Source: Conidiobolus incongruus B7586 | Taxonomy: Eukaryota | Length of the DNA: 41,677 bases | Direction of reading: 5' to 3' | Assembly: GCA_000697335.1 (NCBI GenBank) | Contig: JNEM01006019.1 | Span: 1-41,677 of the forward strand | Shown: positions 36,467 through 41,677 of the stretch, piece by piece | How positions within the stretch are numbered: the stretch's first letter is position 1 | Layout: each line of letters starts with the position of its first letter | Translations under genes and position numbers: made by a program | Notes under the pieces: model-generated | Databases searched by the model: none | Seen by the model: the letters and a program-made list of their open reading frames with translations, nothing else | What the model was told of the DNA's origin: nothing

Positions 36467-36538
36467 CTCCGATACAGGGAATCGAACCCTGGCCGTCTCG
36501 GTGAGAGCGAGAAATCCTAGCCACTGGACCATATCGGA
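36467..36538 (-). tRNA. tRNA-Glu (anticodon CTC), identical to the 31262 copy
   Basis: Exact 72-nt reverse complement of 31262-31333; T5 terminator immediately downstream (36466-36462). Confidence 0.97.
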
Positions 36539-36722
36539 TTGATAAAAAAATTTAATAAAGAGCTAAATGTCTTCATATATTATCAGTATTCAAAATCTTT
36601 AAAATTTTTGAACAATCGTCTACAGATTTTCGAAAACTTTTATTGCCTTTTTATATAATTTATTAAAATTGAAATTTTTGATACTTTTATTTTTTTTAAT
36701 ATTTTTGTTTAATAATGAATTA

Positions 36723-39700
36723 TTAACCTAAAGTAGATCTTTTACCGACTTTTGAAGGATCAGATTTACCATTCTTAAATTGATCATAACTAATAATATT
36801 GTTTAGCTGAGAGTAAAAATATAAGGTAAAAATACTTACATTAATGTTAATCTCTTAATTTCACTTTGAGGTAACGAACTATGTGTCTCTTTTAACGAAT
36901 GTTCGATATCTTTTTTGGTGATGTAGATCTAATTAAAATTAGTATATATGAAAAATAACTATTTAATATTGAAATTTACCTTTGAATTCTCACTAGATTT
37001 TTCAGGTGTATGGTTAGCGATTCCGTTGCTTAACTTGGTATTTGAGCTGCTGGTACTGGATAATTTATTAATACGTATTTTGTTTAATCTGCGTTCAATA
37101 CTATCTTTTTCAGCTTTACTCATTGTGATTGGAGCAACTGGATTCTTGGAAAGTTCTCCGTTGAATATATTAAAATCTAGTTTGGGAGTATCGTGATTTC
37201 CATTAGTTTTAGCTTCAGTTTCTTGAATCTCTTCCATTTTAGAGTCAATATTCTGGTGAATTGCATGTAAATGGGCGTTGTATAGAATTGCTTGAAGATC
37301 CGCACCTGTAAAATCTGGACATTGATCAGCAATCCAGTCTAAATCAACATCAGAAGCGAGGTGAAAATGTGCAGCATGTGCCTTGAGAATGTCAATTCGA
37401 TCTTCTCGATTGGGTAGATCACAGATGAGGGATTTATCTAAACGACCAGGGCGAAGCAAAGCTGGATCGATAAGATCAGGTCTACTGGTCGCTGCAAGGA
37501 CATAAACACCTTCTAAACCTTCAGCACCATCCATTTGGGTCAATAATTGATTGACAACACGATCAGTTACACCAGTACTATCGTGGCCACGACGAGGTGC
37601 AATTGCTTCAAATTCATCGAAGAATAATACACAAGGTTTGGCAGCTTGAGCGCGTTCAAATAAATCTCTAGTAGATTTCTCACTAGCACCAATGTATTTA
37701 CTGAGAAGTTCAGGTCCTTTGACGCTGATAAAATTGAGTCCACACTCCTTTGCAACAGCTGATGCTAACATAGTTTTACCACAACCGGGATAACCATATA
37801 GTAATAAACCAGATCTCAATCTAAGAGGACATGTTTTAAAAATCACAGAGTATTTAATGGGCCATTCAAGTGTTTCTCTTAATATAGCCTTGGTTTCCCT
37901 TAAACCTCCAATGTCGCCCCAAACAACACCAGAAGTTTGAAGTTTGATTCCTCTCAAGGCGACAGGAATAAATCCCTCTTGAGCGAGGCGGAAATCTTCT
38001 TGATTGACTTCAAGTTGCGTTTTTTCAGAAGTTTGGATGGTTCTGATAGCTGCTTGGTGAAGTGCTCTTTCGATTAAGGATTTAAGATCCGTGGGTAGAT
38101 ATCCTTCGGTTTGACCAGCGATCCATGAGAGATCAAGATGAGCGACCGAATTTTTGAGAGCAGGAACGGCAGAATTGGTGAGTAAAGTGTTAATAATAGC
38201 TTCACGCTCAGGTTTTCCAGGAGGAGTGATGTGAAAAGTATGTGTAAATATATGAGAACTTAAAAGCAATGGATGGACTGATTGGGATTGTAATCCAGTG
38301 GCCAATAGTGCAATTCTAGGATATTTACTTAAAGAGCGTTTAAAAACGTCTATAAAGATCTCAGACAATTGTCTGTAACGGAAAGAATCCATATGTTCCA
38401 TTTCTGCTGGAATAAGAACATCAAGATTATCAAGGAAAATGAGTGAAGGTTGATGGAATGCAGCCTTAAGCACTATCTCTTGCAATTTTTCATGAATTTT
38501 AGCCACTCTATCATTTACCAACGACTCACAAGATAATGTAATGGGATAAGCTAAAACCAATGGATCAACAACTAGTGATTTGATGATCGTTTGTGCTACT
38601 GATGTTTTACCAGAGCCTTTACCACCACATAAGAGCATACTGGTGTGAGGCCAAACTTTTAACTTTTGTTTTATAAACTCACCAGAAAGTCCGACCTTTA
38701 AGCAGGAAATACTGTTATTGATTACAGAATCAACTGCGCCTAAAGGAGCAAGTGGTGTTGTTATGCTATTTAATAAAGGCGGTGGATAAACAGGTAATTC
38801 ATTAGTGAACAGAGGAGCACCTTCCTGAATTTTAAGATGCTTGAAAGATAATCGATCGATAAATGTATAAGGAGGATCATAATTTCCCTTAACGAAATGA
38901 TCCAATATAGAGAAATCAAGAGATGCAAAGACAATATTTTGTTTCATTAAAGATGATTTAGGGCCATTTAGAGGAATTAACATTCCGTGATTCAATGCAA
39001 TTTGATGGATATTAAGTAATCTTAAACCATTCAGATTATCTTCAATCCATTGTTTGACTAAATCAACGATCCAAGAAGAACTTGTGGCATTCTGGGTAAC
39101 CTGAGTTGAATCGGGGGTGCCAACAAAAATAGGTCGTATGGTTAAAGTCTTTAATTCCATGTACGTGGATATCGGAGAGGAAAGTTGAAAAAGACTGTAA
39201 AGATCACCACCAATCGTTGCTAATAATTTCTCTTTCATCACGACATGTTGAACAGGAACTATATTAGTCCAAATAATGGTAATAATACTGTACTTAGAGT
39301 AATTAAATAAGGATTTTGAGTTATCATTTGAGCTTTGGTTCTTTTGATTTCCGTTAGTATTGGATTTTTTGGAGCTTTCATTAGAAGATTGAACTTCGCT
39401 TAATCTTCCCATCAAAGTTAGTTTACCAAGAGTGATTAATTTTGAATATTCAAAATCTAGTTCTGCTAATTGATTAATGTTGTATACGGATCGTGGGTTA
39501 ATAAGAACTGCTGAATCTGGAAAATCAGAGATCCAAGCAGATAATTGATCTTTAAATAACTCATCGCCAATACTCCTGAGAACAGTGGGAGGTATCAAAT
39601 GGTATTCTTCAACTTTGGAATCAAGTTCGTTAGAAACTTTTCTTTCCCGAGGCTGAACAAAAACTTCAGATTCGTTTGAAATTAAACAGCAATTCTTTGG

Positions 39701-40432
39701 TTTTGGGTCAATATTGACTAATAATAGAGATTAACAATTTCAAAATGTCAATGAATAAAAAACATTATTACCAACAGTTAAATGAACTTTTGTTCGTCCT
39801 TCTAAATTTAAGCAAATCTTTTGATTCATAAATAAAACTTTAATTTGGCTTAATATATGATCTTCTAAAAATTGCGCATTTAATTCCTAATCAATATCGG
39901 CATCAGATATGATTATTATTGAATAATATCAATATAAAGCTTTAAATAAAGAACCTACCACCATTTCCCAATCGTCTTCTGAGCATGGCTTTAATTCCAC
40001 CGATTTAGCAGTAATAGGACTTTTTACTAAAGACAAAGAAACCTATTTCCTAAGTGAGTGATTAAAATAAAATTACAAGTAGTGTAAATATTACTTCTAA
40101 TCCATCTTCTAAACCCAAATTCATACCAAATTGAACGTCCATTTGAATGATGCTATCGTTACTGGATTTTCGACCATTATAATTGTTAATTGAATTAACA
40201 ACTTTAGAAGAGTGACCCGACCAGCCGACGTAAACCTTATTATTTTCCCAAGATAATTGAAAAGCTAATTGGTGAATTTTCTATATAAAAAAATAAATAA
40301 AAGAAATAAATTGATTTTTATAAAAATTACTTTTTTACTGTCTAATAGAGCATTAGACATATTACTTGGTAAGTTGATATAATTATTCAATTCGGGTGCA
40401 TTAAGCAACTGAACGATTACTTTATTAGACAT
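36723..40432 (-). CDS. PEX1: Peroxisomal AAA+ ATPase Pex1, multi-exon
   Basis: N-terminal YINLP, YVGWSG, KPCSEDDWE; D1 GGKGSGKT / FLDNLD; D2 LRLRSGLLLYGYPGCGKT, FFDEFE, RGHDSTGVTDRVVNQ; last exons 36928-36840 and 36789-36723 end VGKRSTLG*. Confidence 0.96.
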
Positions 40433-40559
40433 TTAAATTAGTATTTATTAATATAATAACTATTATAATTTGAATTTAGTTAAAAAGATGATTGAAGACT
40501 GTTATTGAATCAGATTTGTTGATTGACAATTAATAAATAGGCATGAATTCTTGTATTCG

Positions 40560-40566
40560 TTATGGG
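40560..40566 (-). promoter_or_regulatory. CCCATAA motif upstream of PEX1
   Basis: TTATGGG ~128 nt upstream of ATG 40432. Confidence 0.5.
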
Positions 40567-41677
40567 AAATGATATTAAAATGCATGTGATTTATATTGAT
40601 CATTCAATTGTCTTGTGAATAATAAATATAAAAATGATATCAAATTCTCACTCAATAAATCCATATTATATTCATAAATGATTTATTTTATAAGAAAATA
40701 TTTTATGATTTTATTTTTATTTAAATTTGAATCAAGCTAAATATATATAATAATTCAATATGCTTACAATTATTAATAATTCTAAAAATTACAAATAAAA
40801 TTATATTGGCTTTTAATCAATGAGAGTTGCCAAGAAAAAACTAAAAAATATCAGTTTTATGTCTTTTAATTCTCATAACTAATTGTTAATTTCACTTGAC
40901 ATTCAATCATTTTTTCGTTATATATTGCAAAATTTTAAATATTTGAATAAAACAAGATAAATTGATATACTTATTATGAATTATGTTGTTAATGAATAAA
41001 TCGCTATAATATTTTATTGAGTTTAAATTATTCCAATAATGTATATAATTAAACATTCACATTAGGTAAAAAAATTCAAATAAAACCAATTTTTTAGACT
41101 ATTATAATTAAACTATAACTATAACATTTATTGAAAATATTTCAAAACCCATTTAAATAACTGATATATATTGATTATATATGTGTGTATGGTTCATATT
41201 TTCAGATTTCTGATAAAATTATGATATATTTAATAATAAATGTGGCCTTGATATATTATAAAATATGATTTATATTCAGACAAACTTGAGCTTTATTAAT
41301 AAACTATTTTTTGACTTAAAATATTATTGATTTTCAATATATAGCTTAAAAGTGGGAAAATTATATAGCATAAATAATATGTATATAAATTTTAATATTC
41401 AGCAAATAAAAATAACATTATATTAAAAAAATCATATTATAGCTTTTTGGTTAATATAATTATTGATATTTTATTTTAGTTTATTAATATTAATATAGAA
41501 ATTAAGTAATAACATAACTTTAAAATTAAAATTAAATAAATAAAATAATAAATAATATAAAATTAATAGCCTTTTTTATTATTATTAATTTTTTTCTATA
41601 CTTTTGATAAACTTTTAATATTTAAAAAATAACTCTTTTTATTAAAAACTGAAATTTGATATTTCACATATTAATTA

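Noticed and set aside
38420..38640. Degenerate Walker B (FLDNLD) in PEX1 D1
   Set aside because: A catalytically degenerate D1 ring is normal for Pex1.
1..41677. CRISPR array, transposase/RT, rRNA or biosynthetic gene cluster
   Set aside because: No repeat-spacer pattern, mobile-element domains, rRNA-like sequence or functionally linked enzyme set seen; the genes are unrelated housekeeping functions.

Overview
Eukaryotic, very AT-rich, intron-rich genomic DNA (most introns ~47-70 nt, GT-AG). Gene content (Chs4/Skt5-like SEL1 protein, Nto1/BRPF with bromodomain, sepiapterin reductase-like SDR) points to a fungus, probably an early-diverging lineage (Conidiobolus-like; inference only). Manual splicing gives 14 apparently coding genes: PILS/auxin-efflux-like transporter, TMEM14, NAD kinase, UBP8/USP22, CK2 beta, UMP-CMP/adenylate kinase, Nto1/BRPF, SPR-like SDR, expansin-like protein (5' end uncertain), Chs4-like activator, TMEM42, RNA14/CstF-77, mitochondrial Lon (PIM1) and PEX1. 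TMEM14 and TMEM42 are absent from the ORF track. Two identical tRNA-Glu(CTC) genes flank Lon in inverted orientation. Interleaved are intron-retaining disabled housekeeping genes (SIRT4-like, GPN2, UBC1) plus fainter relics, a pattern suggestive of gene loss after a large duplication. Most notable: (1) an orientation-specific CCCATAA motif upstream of many genes; (2) a nucleoside monophosphate kinase ending in a CCNIL CaaX box; (3) an outsized RNA14 intron with AATAAA inside a stop-free read-through, resembling CstF-77/su(f) autoregulation; (4) an expansin with degenerate catalytic and binding residues. All coordinates were counted by hand and may be off by a few bases.
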